NCBI GenBank assembly: GCA_963804995.1
Contig: CAWDSK010000003.1
Coordinates: 1,216,001-1,280,000, forward strand
Source: an uncultured Acidobacteriota bacterium
GTDB lineage: Bacteria; Acidobacteriota; Terriglobia; UBA7540
Reading direction: 5' to 3'
DNA: 64,000 nucleotides
The position numbers were made by a program, and so were the translations under genes. Shown in pieces: positions 1 to 9,900 of the stretch; position 1 is the first letter of the stretch, and each line of letters starts with the position of its first letter. The notes under the pieces are model-generated. The model had not been told where the DNA came from, searched no databases, and worked only from the letters and a program-made list of their open reading frames with translations.

Positions 1-1
1 T

Positions 2-418
2 GGGCCCCGGCAGGATCCGCATTCCGCTTACTCCGGCGTGCTTTCCAAATTCATCGCCGCCTACCTTCAGAAGCAGAAGCCCACGATCTTTGGTGACGGT
101 GAGCAGTCGCGCGATTTCACTTATGTCGCGAACGTGGTGGACGCCACACTGCGCGCCTGCCAGGCGCCCGAAGCTCCCGGCAAGGCCATCAACGTGGGTA
201 CGGGCAGGGGCACGACCCTGAATCAGACCATCGCGATTCTCAATCAGATTCTGGGCGCCCAGGTCACACCCCACTACGCCCCCCCACGGGTGGGAGATGT
301 TTTGCACTCGACCGCCGATATCACCCTGGCGCGCAAGATTCTTGGCTATGAGCCGCTCGTCACCTTTGAAGAGGGCCTCAGCCGGACCGTCGAGTGGATG
401 CGCACGACGATGAGTTGA
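2..418 (+). CDS. NAD-dependent epimerase/dehydratase (UDP-sugar epimerase-like), C-terminal part; 5' end lies outside the window
   Basis: Frame reads GPRQDPHSAYSGV...IFGDGEQSRDFTYV...NVGTG...RVGDVLHSTADI, the typical extended-SDR epimerase C-terminus. Confidence 0.9.
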   Translation, partial: GPRQDPHSAYSGVLSKFIAAYLQKQKPTIFGDGEQSRDFTYVANVVDATLRACQAPEAPGKAINVGTGRGTTLNQTIAILNQILGAQVTPHYAPPRVGDVLHSTADITLARKILGYEPLVTFEEGLSRTVEWMRTTMS

Positions 419-460
419 TACCGCTAGGGTTCTGAGTCAGAAGTTCGCTGATCACTAGAG

Positions 461-626
461 AACCCCTCACCCCCGGCCCCCCCAAGGGGGGGGAGGGGGG
501 AGTCAATTTGAATTTAATCGGACGAGAGAAGGAGGTTGATTTGAATTCATAGCCCTCGCCCCTTTGGGGGAGAGGGTGGACCGCAACCGGCGTTCTCATC
601 AGCCGGGGCGGGACGGGTGAGGGGGT
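461..626. repeat. Palindromic intergenic repeat, family A (CCCCTCACCC...GGGTGAGGGG)
   Basis: Inverted ends ccccTCACCC / GGGTGAgggg and internal ggggagagggtggaccgc; related copies at ~25301, inside 28601, ~38305 and inside 39957. Confidence 0.8.
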
Positions 627-849
627 CTATCGGGAATCAATTTAGCAGGCAGCAGCGCGGCGAAACCCCAACCAAACGATCGAATCATTCTTATCGTCCT
701 AATACCACAAATGGCACAGAATCCTTGCTAAAAAACAAGAATTTACGGTATTAGATCGCAGAGCACATTCAAGTGGTCCCATCCCACAACCCCAAAACCC
801 CCGAAATCCATTACAATGAAGACGACTTTGAAGGAGGGGGAGGACGCCG

Positions 850-1446
850 GTGATTCAGCAACAGTTCCGTGATTACAGTCAGGGACTCAAGGAGGCGCTT
901 GACGCTGTCTCTGCCGATGTTGTGGCAGAGTTAGTTGCGCTCCTCGGACGCGCCTGCCGGGAAGGCCGCCAGGTATTCCTGATGGGTAACGGCGGAAGTG
1001 GCGGTACCGCGTCGCATGCGGCCTGCGATTTGAACAAAGGCGTGTCCTTTGGCCGGGAGAAGCGCTTCCGGGCCATCTGCCTCAATGATAACCTTCCCAC
1101 CTTGATGGCTTATGCGAATGATGTTTCTTACGAAGACGTTTTCGTGGAGCCCCTGAAGAATTTCCTTCGTCCCGGCGATGTCGTGATAGGAATCTCCGGC
1201 AGCGGGAATTCCCCGAACGTTTTGAAGGCTCTGGATTACGCGAACCGTGAGGGTGCATTTACGGTGGGGCTTTCGGGGTTCAAGGGTGGAAAGCTCGCAC
1301 GCTTGGCGCGTTTGTCGCTGGTGGTGCCGGTCGACGACATGCAAAAAATTGAGGACGTTCACCTGATCATCTTCCATGTGGCGATGCAAGCACTCTGCGC
1401 GCGAATCGAAGCTCCGGTTGAGGCGCCCTCCAACCCTGCACGCTGA
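850..1446 (+). CDS. gmhA: SIS-domain phosphoheptose isomerase-like protein
   Basis: GNGGSG, AYAND, ISGSGNSPNV, GFKGGKL and QKIEDVH motifs. Confidence 0.85.
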   Translation: MIQQQFRDYSQGLKEALDAVSADVVAELVALLGRACREGRQVFLMGNGGSGGTASHAACDLNKGVSFGREKRFRAICLNDNLPTLMAYANDVSYEDVFVEPLKNFLRPGDVVIGISGSGNSPNVLKALDYANREGAFTVGLSGFKGGKLARLARLSLVVPVDDMQKIEDVHLIIFHVAMQALCARIEAPVEAPSNPAR

Positions 1447-1533
1447 CCCGGCAGACCGCGCTCGAACGCGAATGACCCAAGGTCGACTCAACATGCGGGA
1501 TAAAGTACAACCGAGGTGTTCGCGGAGCGCCGC

Positions 1534-2724
1534 ATGAAGATAGCCATCCTCGGGTTCACCGCCACGTCTTACGGAAGCCACACCTACCTGAAGAATTTTC
1601 TACCCCACCTGGCGCAACTGGATCGCTCCAATCTGTATGAGGTCTTTCTTCCGGCCCAGCACGCCGGCGACCTGAAGGTTCGGCAGCCGAATTTTCGGAC
1701 CCGCCTCGGCCGCATCGTGCCCCGCTCCGGCTGGTTGCGGGGGCTTTGGGAACAGTTGATTCTTCCCTGGATTCTCTGGGCAAATCGGATAGACGCTGTT
1801 TACACCACGCATAACATGGCCATCCTGCTATCGCCCGTTCCCAGCTTCATCCTGATTCAGAATGTCGAACCCTTTTTCGCGGGAAAATTCCCGAACGCTT
1901 TGTGGCTCCGGCCCCGCCTCTGGCTCCTCAAAGTTGTTACCAGCCTCTCCCTCCGGAAGAGCCGGAAAATCCTTGCCATTTCGGAATGGGAGAGAGATTT
2001 TCTGGTCGAGCGCTTTCACCTTCCGCAAAGCAAAATCGTGGTCTCCTACCCCGGCGTGGCAGAGATGTTTCATCCTCCCGGACCGGAATCCGCTGCCGAG
2101 TTGCGCGAGCGCCTGGGACTTGAACCACCTTACATCCTCTGCGTAACGCGCCTGGCGGGCTATGGCAATTTGCTTAATCTTGCCAAGGCCTATGCTTCCC
2201 TGGTTAAACAGGGGAAGGTCTCGATGCCCCTGGTCATCCCCGGAGAAGTGTGGGACCGCCAGTACATTGGGAATGTAAAAAAGCTCCTCGCCCGCGAAGG
2301 CTGTGCAGATCAGGTGAAGTTCCTCGGCTACGTTCCGCATCAGCACATGCCCTTGCTCTTCGGAAACGCCCAGTGCTTCGTCTTTCCGTCGCGGCTGGAA
2401 GCGTGTGGCACCGTGCTGATGGAAGCCCTCGCGTGCGGAACCCCAATCGTTTGTAGCCGGCTTCGCCCCCTGACGGATATTTGTGGTGAGGCCGCAGTTT
2501 TCTTCGACGGTGAAGATCCTGGGGATATTGCCGATAAACTACTCGAAGTCCTTGGAGACCAGGCTTTGAGGGAGAGGCTTAGGGGTCGCGGACCAGCACG
2601 CGCCGCACAGTTCTGCTGGCGCCAGGGTGCGGAAAAAATGTATCGAGCCTTCGAGGAACTGCGGCCTCTGCCCGCCGCCGAAAGTCGCGGCGCCGCCGCC
2701 CCAGATCATGAAAGGAGGACCTGA
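1534..2724 (+). CDS. Glycosyltransferase family 4
   Basis: FVFPSRLEACGTVLMEALACGTP (EX7E motif); start could also be GTG 1516. Confidence 0.9.
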   Translation: MKIAILGFTATSYGSHTYLKNFLPHLAQLDRSNLYEVFLPAQHAGDLKVRQPNFRTRLGRIVPRSGWLRGLWEQLILPWILWANRIDAVYTTHNMAILLSPVPSFILIQNVEPFFAGKFPNALWLRPRLWLLKVVTSLSLRKSRKILAISEWERDFLVERFHLPQSKIVVSYPGVAEMFHPPGPESAAELRERLGLEPPYILCVTRLAGYGNLLNLAKAYASLVKQGKVSMPLVIPGEVWDRQYIGNVKKLLAREGCADQVKFLGYVPHQHMPLLFGNAQCFVFPSRLEACGTVLMEALACGTPIVCSRLRPLTDICGEAAVFFDGEDPGDIADKLLEVLGDQALRERLRGRGPARAAQFCWRQGAEKMYRAFEELRPLPAAESRGAAAPDHERRT

Positions 2725-2765
2725 CCGCAGCCAGCCGCTCCCAGCTCGGGCCAGGAGAATTCCCC

Positions 2766-3995
2766 TTGCGCCTCTTAATTCTCAGCCTCCGGTTCGCTCC
2801 TGAGATTACCAGCAACGCCGTGGTGATCACGGGACTGGCGCGGGCGCTGGCGGCGCGTGGCCACCAAGTAACCGTGCTGGCCGGCACACCCCACTACCAG
2901 CTTCCCGGCGTCCCTCCCGGATATCTCTTCCGGCCTTTCCGGAGCGAACTCGCGGACGGCGTAAGGGTCATACGCTGCTGGGCTTTCCCGAAATCCGATG
3001 GCAAAGTTTCAAAGCTTCTTAACTATTTGACCTTCACCAAGACTAGTTTTATCGCCAGTCTGTTCGTCGCACGCCCCGACGCCGTTTTGGTGATTTCGCC
3101 GCCCTTCTGGCTGGGGTTTATCGCTTTGTTTCTAAAAACCCTCCGGCGCTGCCCGGTGATTTACAACGCCCAGGACCTGTTTCCCCAGGCTTATCTCGCG
3201 AGTGGCGAAGTCAGAACGGGCTGGATGACGCGCCGCATGAGCTCCCTCGCAACCCGCCTCTACCGGCGCTGTGACTGGATCACCGTGATTACGAATTCGT
3301 TTGCGGATGCCATCGCCGCCCAGGGCATCGATCCGGGAAAAATTCTGACCATCCCCAATTTCGTTGACACCGCGGCCCTCACCCCTCGGCCGCGGCTCAA
3401 TTCCTTCAGCCACCGCTGGGGGCTCGATGATAAGTTCGTTGTCATGTACGCGGGTAATATTGGATACACGCATGGGACGGAGCACCTGGTGGAGGCGGCG
3501 GAGAAGCTGGGCTCTCTCAGAAACCTATGGTTTCTGGTCATTGGTGGGGGGTCGAAGCAGGCGGACCTGGCGCGCCTGGCGCGGGAACGGGGGCTCAAAA
3601 ACTTCCAGTTTCTTCCCACCCAACCAGGCGAGGTTCTGGCTGAAATGCTGGCCGCCGCCGATGTGCTGGTCCTGACCACCAAACCCGGCGTCGGCAAGTC
3701 CTCCTTTCCCGGCCGCATTTACAACTTTTTGCTCGCCGCGCGACCTGTTATTGTTAGCATCGACGCTGACTCTGACACAGCCCGGCTGGTACGCGAGGCG
3801 GGCGCAGGTCTGGTTACCGCACCAGGTAACGTGGAAGATTTCTGCCAAGCTCTCACCACCTTGTACCATGACGCCTCTTGGCGCGAACGCCTGGGACGTA
3901 GCGGAGCCGAATTCATCGCGCGGCAATACTCCCCGGAGGCCGTGGTTGAACAATACGACCGGCTTCTGAAAGGATCGCGCGCCTGCGGAGGGTGA
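2766..3995 (+). CDS. Glycosyltransferase family 4 (WcaI/WbuB-like)
   Basis: FAPE N-terminus, GHQVTVLAGTPHY, QDLFP, VMYAGNIG motifs. Confidence 0.88.
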   Translation: MRLLILSLRFAPEITSNAVVITGLARALAARGHQVTVLAGTPHYQLPGVPPGYLFRPFRSELADGVRVIRCWAFPKSDGKVSKLLNYLTFTKTSFIASLFVARPDAVLVISPPFWLGFIALFLKTLRRCPVIYNAQDLFPQAYLASGEVRTGWMTRRMSSLATRLYRRCDWITVITNSFADAIAAQGIDPGKILTIPNFVDTAALTPRPRLNSFSHRWGLDDKFVVMYAGNIGYTHGTEHLVEAAEKLGSLRNLWFLVIGGGSKQADLARLARERGLKNFQFLPTQPGEVLAEMLAAADVLVLTTKPGVGKSSFPGRIYNFLLAARPVIVSIDADSDTARLVREAGAGLVTAPGNVEDFCQALTTLYHDASWRERLGRSGAEFIARQYSPEAVVEQYDRLLKGSRACGG

Positions 3996-4008
3996 CGGTC
4001 ACAGAACT

Positions 4009-5355
4009 ATGACGCCTTCGGTCCAGATCAAAACCAAGCTGGCCCTCCTCGGTGGAGACTTCCTTCTCCTGGCCGCCTCGTTGGCCCTCAGCACTTACAT
4101 CTACCGGGGCGAGTTAGCGCCTGTTTACGGACAGTACGACGTCGCTTCCGCCCTCTGCCTGGCGGTTTACCCGCTCTTCCTTTATCTGACGCGCGCTTAT
4201 GAAGTGCAGCCCGAGGCAAGTTCCGCGGAAAACTTGCGCAGGCCTCTCCTCGGCCAATTGTTAGCGGCGACCGCAGCTTCTTTCTTCTTCTTCTTCGCGC
4301 AAGAGTATCGTTTCGGCCGTGGCATCTTCGCCATCGCCAACGTGCTCTACGCCTGTCTGTTGACCCTTTGGCGCCTCTGGTTTTTCCAGCGCCTGCGCCG
4401 CCGGAGCCTGGCCATTCTCGTCATGGGCAATAACTCAGAGGTCGAAACGGCCCGCCAGTTGATCCGTGAGTTCTCCCCTTCCTCGAGGATCCACACCTGG
4501 TTTCCCGGCGCCGATTCCGCAGCCCCTTCCGAGAAATTCGACAGCAACGGTGTCGACGCCCCCACCCAGGAACTCGATCTCCTGGTCCTGGCCGGTCATT
4601 CGCTTGATTCCAACACCCTGCATAAAGCCGCCACGATTCGCCTGCAAGGCATCATGGTATGGAACCTGCCGCGCCTTTATGCCGAATTCGCCGAGCGACT
4701 CCCCGCGCAGTTCCTCGACGAGCACTGGCTGGCCACTGCCGAGGGTTTCGGCTCCCTTAATGAGCAGAGCTTTCAGGTCGTCAAGCGGCTCTTGGATATC
4801 GCCGTCGCTCTGGGGGGGCTGTTGAGTGCGTCGCCTTTCCTGATTGTGGCTGCGCTGCTGATCAAACTCCAGGATGGCGGCCCCATAATGTATTCCCAGG
4901 AAAGAGTCGGCCAGCGCGGGAAGACCTTCCACGTTCACAAGCTGCGCACCATGGTGGGCGGTGCGGAGGAGAGTACCGGCCCGGTTTGGGCTACACCCCG
5001 TGACCCGCGCGTGACCCGCGTCGGACGCTGGTTGCGCAAGCTCCGTATCGATGAGATCCCCCAGATGTGGAACGTCCTCAGAGGTGAGATGAGCCTGGTC
5101 GGGCCCCGCCCCGAGCGGCCCGTGTTCGTCGAGGCACTCCAGAACAAATACCCTGTCTATGCGCTGCGCCACTTGATACGGCCCGGTATCACCGGCTGGG
5201 CGCAAATTCGTTGCCCTTACGCCGCCAGCGATGAAGACAATCTCCGCAAACTCGAGTATGACCTTTACTACCTCCAAAATGCTTCCCTGCTTTTCGACCT
5301 GAGGGTCTTGCTGAAAACTATTTCCATCGTCCTCTCAGGCTCCGGCTCGCGCTAA
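4009..5355 (+). CDS. Priming polyprenyl glycosylphosphotransferase (bacterial sugar transferase)
   Basis: N-terminal TM helices; [47 protein letters not shown] motifs. Confidence 0.95.
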   Translation: MTPSVQIKTKLALLGGDFLLLAASLALSTYIYRGELAPVYGQYDVASALCLAVYPLFLYLTRAYEVQPEASSAENLRRPLLGQLLAATAASFFFFFAQEYRFGRGIFAIANVLYACLLTLWRLWFFQRLRRRSLAILVMGNNSEVETARQLIREFSPSSRIHTWFPGADSAAPSEKFDSNGVDAPTQELDLLVLAGHSLDSNTLHKAATIRLQGIMVWNLPRLYAEFAERLPAQFLDEHWLATAEGFGSLNEQSFQVVKRLLDIAVALGGLLSASPFLIVAALLIKLQDGGPIMYSQERVGQRGKTFHVHKLRTMVGGAEESTGPVWATPRDPRVTRVGRWLRKLRIDEIPQMWNVLRGEMSLVGPRPERPVFVEALQNKYPVYALRHLIRPGITGWAQIRCPYAASDEDNLRKLEYDLYYLQNASLLFDLRVLLKTISIVLSGSGSR

Positions 5356-5488
5356 TCCGGATCTCCTACTGCCCATCCCATACCGCCGCCTTCGATTTAC
5401 ACGTAGGTACGGCGAGCATATCTAGGTTGGGGAGTATCAGGCAGGAGCTTTAGCCCGCAATTCTCACCACGGGCAAGCGAACCGAAGT

Positions 5489-5599
5489 TTGGAGTGCGGC
5501 GACTCGTCGCCGCTTTCCAACGCCGCGACTCGTCGCGGCGAATCACTGAGCGCTGACGAGTCAGCGGTAGAAAAAGCGGGAGCGAGCTCCCGCACTCCG
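5489..5599. repeat. Palindromic intergenic repeat, family C (TTGGAGTGCGG...CCGCACTCC)
   Basis: Inverted ends ggagtgcgg / ccgcactcc; related copy at ~35110-35191. Confidence 0.7.
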
Positions 5600-5858
5600 A
5601 AATTTGCCTCCGCGCGCCCGGACAAGCGGTTCGATCGTGGCGGACGCGGAAACCATCAGAAAGGGCCGGGGTTAATCCCCGCCCTTTAGGCCTGCGACTT
5701 TTTGTCATGTGGGACGTGTCCCAGTAGTTGCTCTCCGCGCACCATAGCGCGCGAGGTCCCACCAACTTTCCCGTCTACAGACACTTTTTGCCCTCTGACT
5801 TTTCATTTTCCCATCGGCGCAGTTGCTGCTTGCCAGAAAGCATCTTCCGGTCGCGAAT

Positions 5859-7883
5859 TCAGTCGCGCAGGGGCGAGTGACCCCGAGCAATCCTTTCGCT
5901 ACTCAACTCGTGCACCATGTCAACGAGGGCGACTACGTTCTCGTAAGGCGTATCGGGAAGCAGGCCATGGCCGAGGTTGAAAATGTGGCCCGTGCGGTAA
6001 TCGGCTTGCTGCAGGACGCGCTGGGCACGTCTCCGAATGAATTCCGGATCCCCATAAAGCACCATGGGGTCAAGGTTCCCTTGCACGCCCACACCGTCGC
6101 CAACCCTTCGCCAGGCCTGGTCAAGTTCGATGTGCGAGTCGACGCCGATGACGTTGCCACCCGCGTTGCGCATTGATTCCAGAAGCATCGCAGTGCCCGT
6201 TCCAAAGTGGATAATGGGCGTCCCGGGCTTGACCGCCTGCAGCATCAGGCGCGTGTAGGGTTGAACGTACTCCTGGTAATCCGCGGGGCCGAGGCAGCCC
6301 ACCCAGGTATCGAACACCTGCAGGGCCTGCACACCAGCGTCGATCTGGCCGTTGAGGTACTTGCCGAGGCTGCGCGCCAGATGCTCCATCAGCGCACGCC
6401 ACGCGCCCGGGTCGCGGTACATCAGGGCTTTTGTGTGCCGATAATTTCTGGACCCGCCACCCTCGATCAAGTAAGAAGCCAGCGTGAAGGGACAGGCGCC
6501 AAAGCCGATGAGCGGCAGCTTGGCATCCAGGTCGGCGCGGGTTTGACGGATGGCCTGGTAGAGATAGCTCAGTGATTGTTCCGGGTCCACCTCGCGCAGC
6601 CGGTCAACGTCCGCAGCTTCACGCAGTCCGGGGCTGATGATGGGTCCTTCCCCACTGCCGTATTCCAGGTGCAGGCCCAGAGGCTCCACAATCAACAGCA
6701 GGTCGGCAAATATAATCGCTGCGTCCACACCCAGCTTCTTCGCCGCCGTAACCGTGACTTCCGAAACCAAATCAGGGTTTTTGCAAAGCTCCAAAAAGGG
6801 CACACGGGCGCGCAAATCCCGATACTCTTTCATGTAGCGGCCTGCCTGGCGCATCAGCCAGATAGGCGTGGCATCGACTGGCTCAAACCGGCAGGCCCGC
6901 AGGAAGCGCGACTCATTCCACGCCGCGGGCTCATTTCCGCGGGCGGCTGCCGGCGCTTGGGTCACTCCCTCGACCACAACGATGGGCCTCGCACTCGGTG
7001 CTTCTGACTCCTGGCTTCTGACTCCTGACTTCTTTCCGAGGATCTCCCTGGCGCGCTGGGCGGCTATCTGCACCAGGGGCCCCATCTTGGGATGCTCCGG
7101 CTCAAGGTCGAACGCAATGCCATGAGCCACCAGAGTCTCGCTGCACGTCGGCCCCACCGAAGCGACCACCGCATTCTTTAGCGCCGCGAGCAGGCGATCC
7201 CGCTCACCGCACTCGGCGGCCGCAAGCAACAGATGCTCCACCTGGGCCGCGTTGGTGAACAGAGCGACCCGGGCGCGCCCCTCAATCAGGGCTTGAATTG
7301 TTTCCTTCAGAGGTTTCAGGTCTTCGGGAAGCGCCCATTGATAGATCGGGACACGCAAGACCTCGACGCCACGCTCGCTGAGCCCCGCGAGCAAGGCCTC
7401 GTTCGACTTCCCATATTCCTGCACGGCAACGCGGCTACCCTGAAGCGTAAATCCTCGCGGGTTTTCGTCCAGTTCTTCGAGGAGTTCCCGCCAAGTATTG
7501 GGCGCCGGGACGCTAATCGTAATCGGCACGTGTAACTCGCGCAGGACCTTTACGGGTTTGGGCCCACGGGCGACGACCGTGACTCTGCTCAAAGCTGCGA
7601 TGATCATCTCGCGCGAATAGCGTGTCTCCAGCACCTCAACCAGCCGACGCGTTCCAACCCCCGTCAGGAAGATAACCGCATCGAGGCGGCGCGCGAAAAG
7701 CGCCTCGCCGAAGCGGAAGGCCGCGACGTTCTCTGCCAGCGGAACCTCACGCAGGGCCGGAGCCACGCGCGGGACGCCTCCAAACTTCGAGATCAGAGTG
7801 GCCATCTCCGCGGCGTGACGGCTTTCAAACGCCACCACCTCCAGGCCGTCAAAACTCGGAAGGACTGCTTTCGGTTCAGTCAT
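5859..7883 (-). CDS. hemE: Fused uroporphyrinogen-III synthase (HemD) / uroporphyrinogen decarboxylase (HemE)
   Basis: N-half ESR, LTGVG, ARGPKP, FTNAAQ, SVGP (HemD); C-half PIWLMRQAGRYMKEY, QGNLDP, HIFNLGHG (HemE); one continuous 674-aa ORF. Confidence 0.93.
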   Translation of the reverse strand: MTEPKAVLPSFDGLEVVAFESRHAAEMATLISKFGGVPRVAPALREVPLAENVAAFRFGEALFARRLDAVIFLTGVGTRRLVEVLETRYSREMIIAALSRVTVVARGPKPVKVLRELHVPITISVPAPNTWRELLEELDENPRGFTLQGSRVAVQEYGKSNEALLAGLSERGVEVLRVPIYQWALPEDLKPLKETIQALIEGRARVALFTNAAQVEHLLLAAAECGERDRLLAALKNAVVASVGPTCSETLVAHGIAFDLEPEHPKMGPLVQIAAQRAREILGKKSGVRSQESEAPSARPIVVVEGVTQAPAAARGNEPAAWNESRFLRACRFEPVDATPIWLMRQAGRYMKEYRDLRARVPFLELCKNPDLVSEVTVTAAKKLGVDAAIIFADLLLIVEPLGLHLEYGSGEGPIISPGLREAADVDRLREVDPEQSLSYLYQAIRQTRADLDAKLPLIGFGACPFTLASYLIEGGGSRNYRHTKALMYRDPGAWRALMEHLARSLGKYLNGQIDAGVQALQVFDTWVGCLGPADYQEYVQPYTRLMLQAVKPGTPIIHFGTGTAMLLESMRNAGGNVIGVDSHIELDQAWRRVGDGVGVQGNLDPMVLYGDPEFIRRRAQRVLQQADYRTGHIFNLGHGLLPDTPYENVVALVDMVHELSSERIARGHSPLRD

Positions 7884-8355
7884 GTTAATCGCTTTCCCCA
7901 GAAACCCAGGTGCGCCTGTGGTGCGCCACTACTCCCTGCTGACGCGGTTGCCCGCCCCGATGCCGGGCCGGCGGGCTCACGGAATCTGCTCCGCGCGCGG
8001 GGGAAGGTTCCTCCCTCCAGTCCGGTCATCCATAGGCCCCACACCGAACCCCGTATTCAGACTATGCATGAAGGGGTGGCGGGCGTCAACGGCCCCTCCG
8101 CGGGCAGCGCAGATCCGGACCCCGCCATTTTCGAGCAACGTGGCGCAGAGTTACGCGTGGTATGCGTGACTCTGCGCCAGCCCGCCCTGCATAATGGTCG
8201 GGCCCGGAATGTGCAGCAGTGGCCCCTTTCTGAGCCGCCAGGGTCGCTCCGGATAAATGAGCATGAAAGAAGCAGTTCCGGCGGGGGCGGTTGGATGTAT
8301 ACTGCTTGGCAGTCACAAAGACAATGTGGAAATCCCCAGTTCACCGAGAATATCG

Positions 8356-8970
8356 ATGACTTCAACATCTTCTGCGGTACAGGCTTTTGTCGACTCTCTT
8401 TTGAGGCTCAATTTCGAAGGCATGGAAGCCACCTTGCAACCCACAGTTGAGTTCCGCGCGCTGGTGCCAGGCGAACTTGTCAATGTCGCGACGGCATCAG
8501 AAGTCGCTGAGTGTTTTCGGCGTTGGCTTGGCGATAAGACGGATCTGGAGTTACTCCACCTCAAAAGCGAGCAGCTCATCGATCGGTGGTTGCTGGAATA
8601 TGGCTTGCGCCTCTACAAGAAGGGCCAACCCTATTTGGTCGAGCAGCGCATCTGCTCCACGATTGAAGACGGGAAATTCGCGGTCATTGACCTGGTCTGC
8701 TCGGGATTCCGCCCCGAGGGGGTCGTGGAAACCGAACCGTCGGTTCACCGGTTCGACGCGGGCGATCTGGGATGCGGATCCGGCCTGCCGCGAGAGTTCC
8801 GAGCGCGCCTCGGGCAGATTCCGATTGGACATATTTTGGAAGTCGTCACCAAGGACCCCTCGGCCAAGGAGGATCTTCCTGCCATGGCCCGCCTTCTAGG
8901 GCACAAGGTTCGGTCCATCGATTCAGGAGCAGAGGGAGTGCAAATCATTCGAGTGGAGCGTGCCAAATGA
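8356..8970 (+). CDS. SnoaL/NTF2-like domain fused to a TusA/SirA-like sulfur-carrier domain
   Basis: N-domain ends DLVCSGFRP; C-domain FDAGDLGCG...LEVVTKDPSAKEDLPAMARLLGH is TusA-like; start uncertain (8257-8356). Confidence 0.7.
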   Translation: MTSTSSAVQAFVDSLLRLNFEGMEATLQPTVEFRALVPGELVNVATASEVAECFRRWLGDKTDLELLHLKSEQLIDRWLLEYGLRLYKKGQPYLVEQRICSTIEDGKFAVIDLVCSGFRPEGVVETEPSVHRFDAGDLGCGSGLPREFRARLGQIPIGHILEVVTKDPSAKEDLPAMARLLGHKVRSIDSGAEGVQIIRVERAK

Positions 8971-9332
8971 GTCACCGCATGATTTTCCAATGTACCTATG
9001 GGAAAGAGAATCCGGAGCGTGCAACTCTGCCCTTCGTGGCGGCCAACGTGGCAGCCACGGCCGGTATCGAAGCCACCGTGGTCTGCACCGTCGACGCAGT
9101 GTGGCTGGGCACCAAGGGCGGCGCCGAAGGGGTGGTTTCGAAGAGCCTGACTCCCCTGGCGGATTTAATGCGAGAGTTTCTCGCCAACGGCGGCAAGGTT
9201 TGGCTGTGTGGCGCTTGCACCAAGCCGCGCGGAATTACCGAAGCTGAAATTGCCCCGGGAGTAACAATCGTCGGGGCAGCCGCGATCATCGAGGCCATCG
9301 CCAACGGGACCACTCCGATCGCTTTTGCTTAG
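8967..9332 (+). CDS. DsrE family protein
   Basis: ENPERATLPF...DAVWL...GGKVWLCGAC; ATGA overlap with the upstream stop. Confidence 0.85.
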   Translation: MSHRMIFQCTYGKENPERATLPFVAANVAATAGIEATVVCTVDAVWLGTKGGAEGVVSKSLTPLADLMREFLANGGKVWLCGACTKPRGITEAEIAPGVTIVGAAAIIEAIANGTTPIAFA

Positions 9333-9900
9333 AAGCGTCACCGCGCGTGCTGTCCAGGATCCACGCTTGCGGCGGGCGTCTGCGCCAAGCGGCGTCGCTT
9401 GTGCCGTGGCCATCCTGGCCATGCCCCTTCACGCGCGGGACGCCCGTGGCACTTCAGGGCGGCCAGTGAACAGCGCATCAGAGGAATCCGTCTGCCGACG
9501 AATTCCTCCGGGGCATTTCGCTCTTCCTTATTCAACCCTACACCGACGTTCTCCATATCCAATGCTGCGGGCCTGGGAAAGAAGGTGCATGCTACAACCT
9601 GCAACCGGGCCATGCCTTCCGCGGTCCGCGCTACCGTATTGGACCTTGAATTAAGAGGCGCTTGGGTATACACTATTTGCTGGGCTAAAACTTAAAACGA
9701 AATTCCGGGGCAAACTTTCAGGTTGACACCCTTGGCTCCGTTCACTCTGTACGCACTGGGATGATAGAAGCCCAAAAGCAATTCTCACCTTACCCGCGCC
9801 GCGTCAAGGAAGAGCGAGCGCGTGAAAAGCAAACTCCTATCAGTATTGATCGGCAGCGGCGCCGTGAGATCTTGGGGCCGCGCCGGAGAGAGGAATCGCC

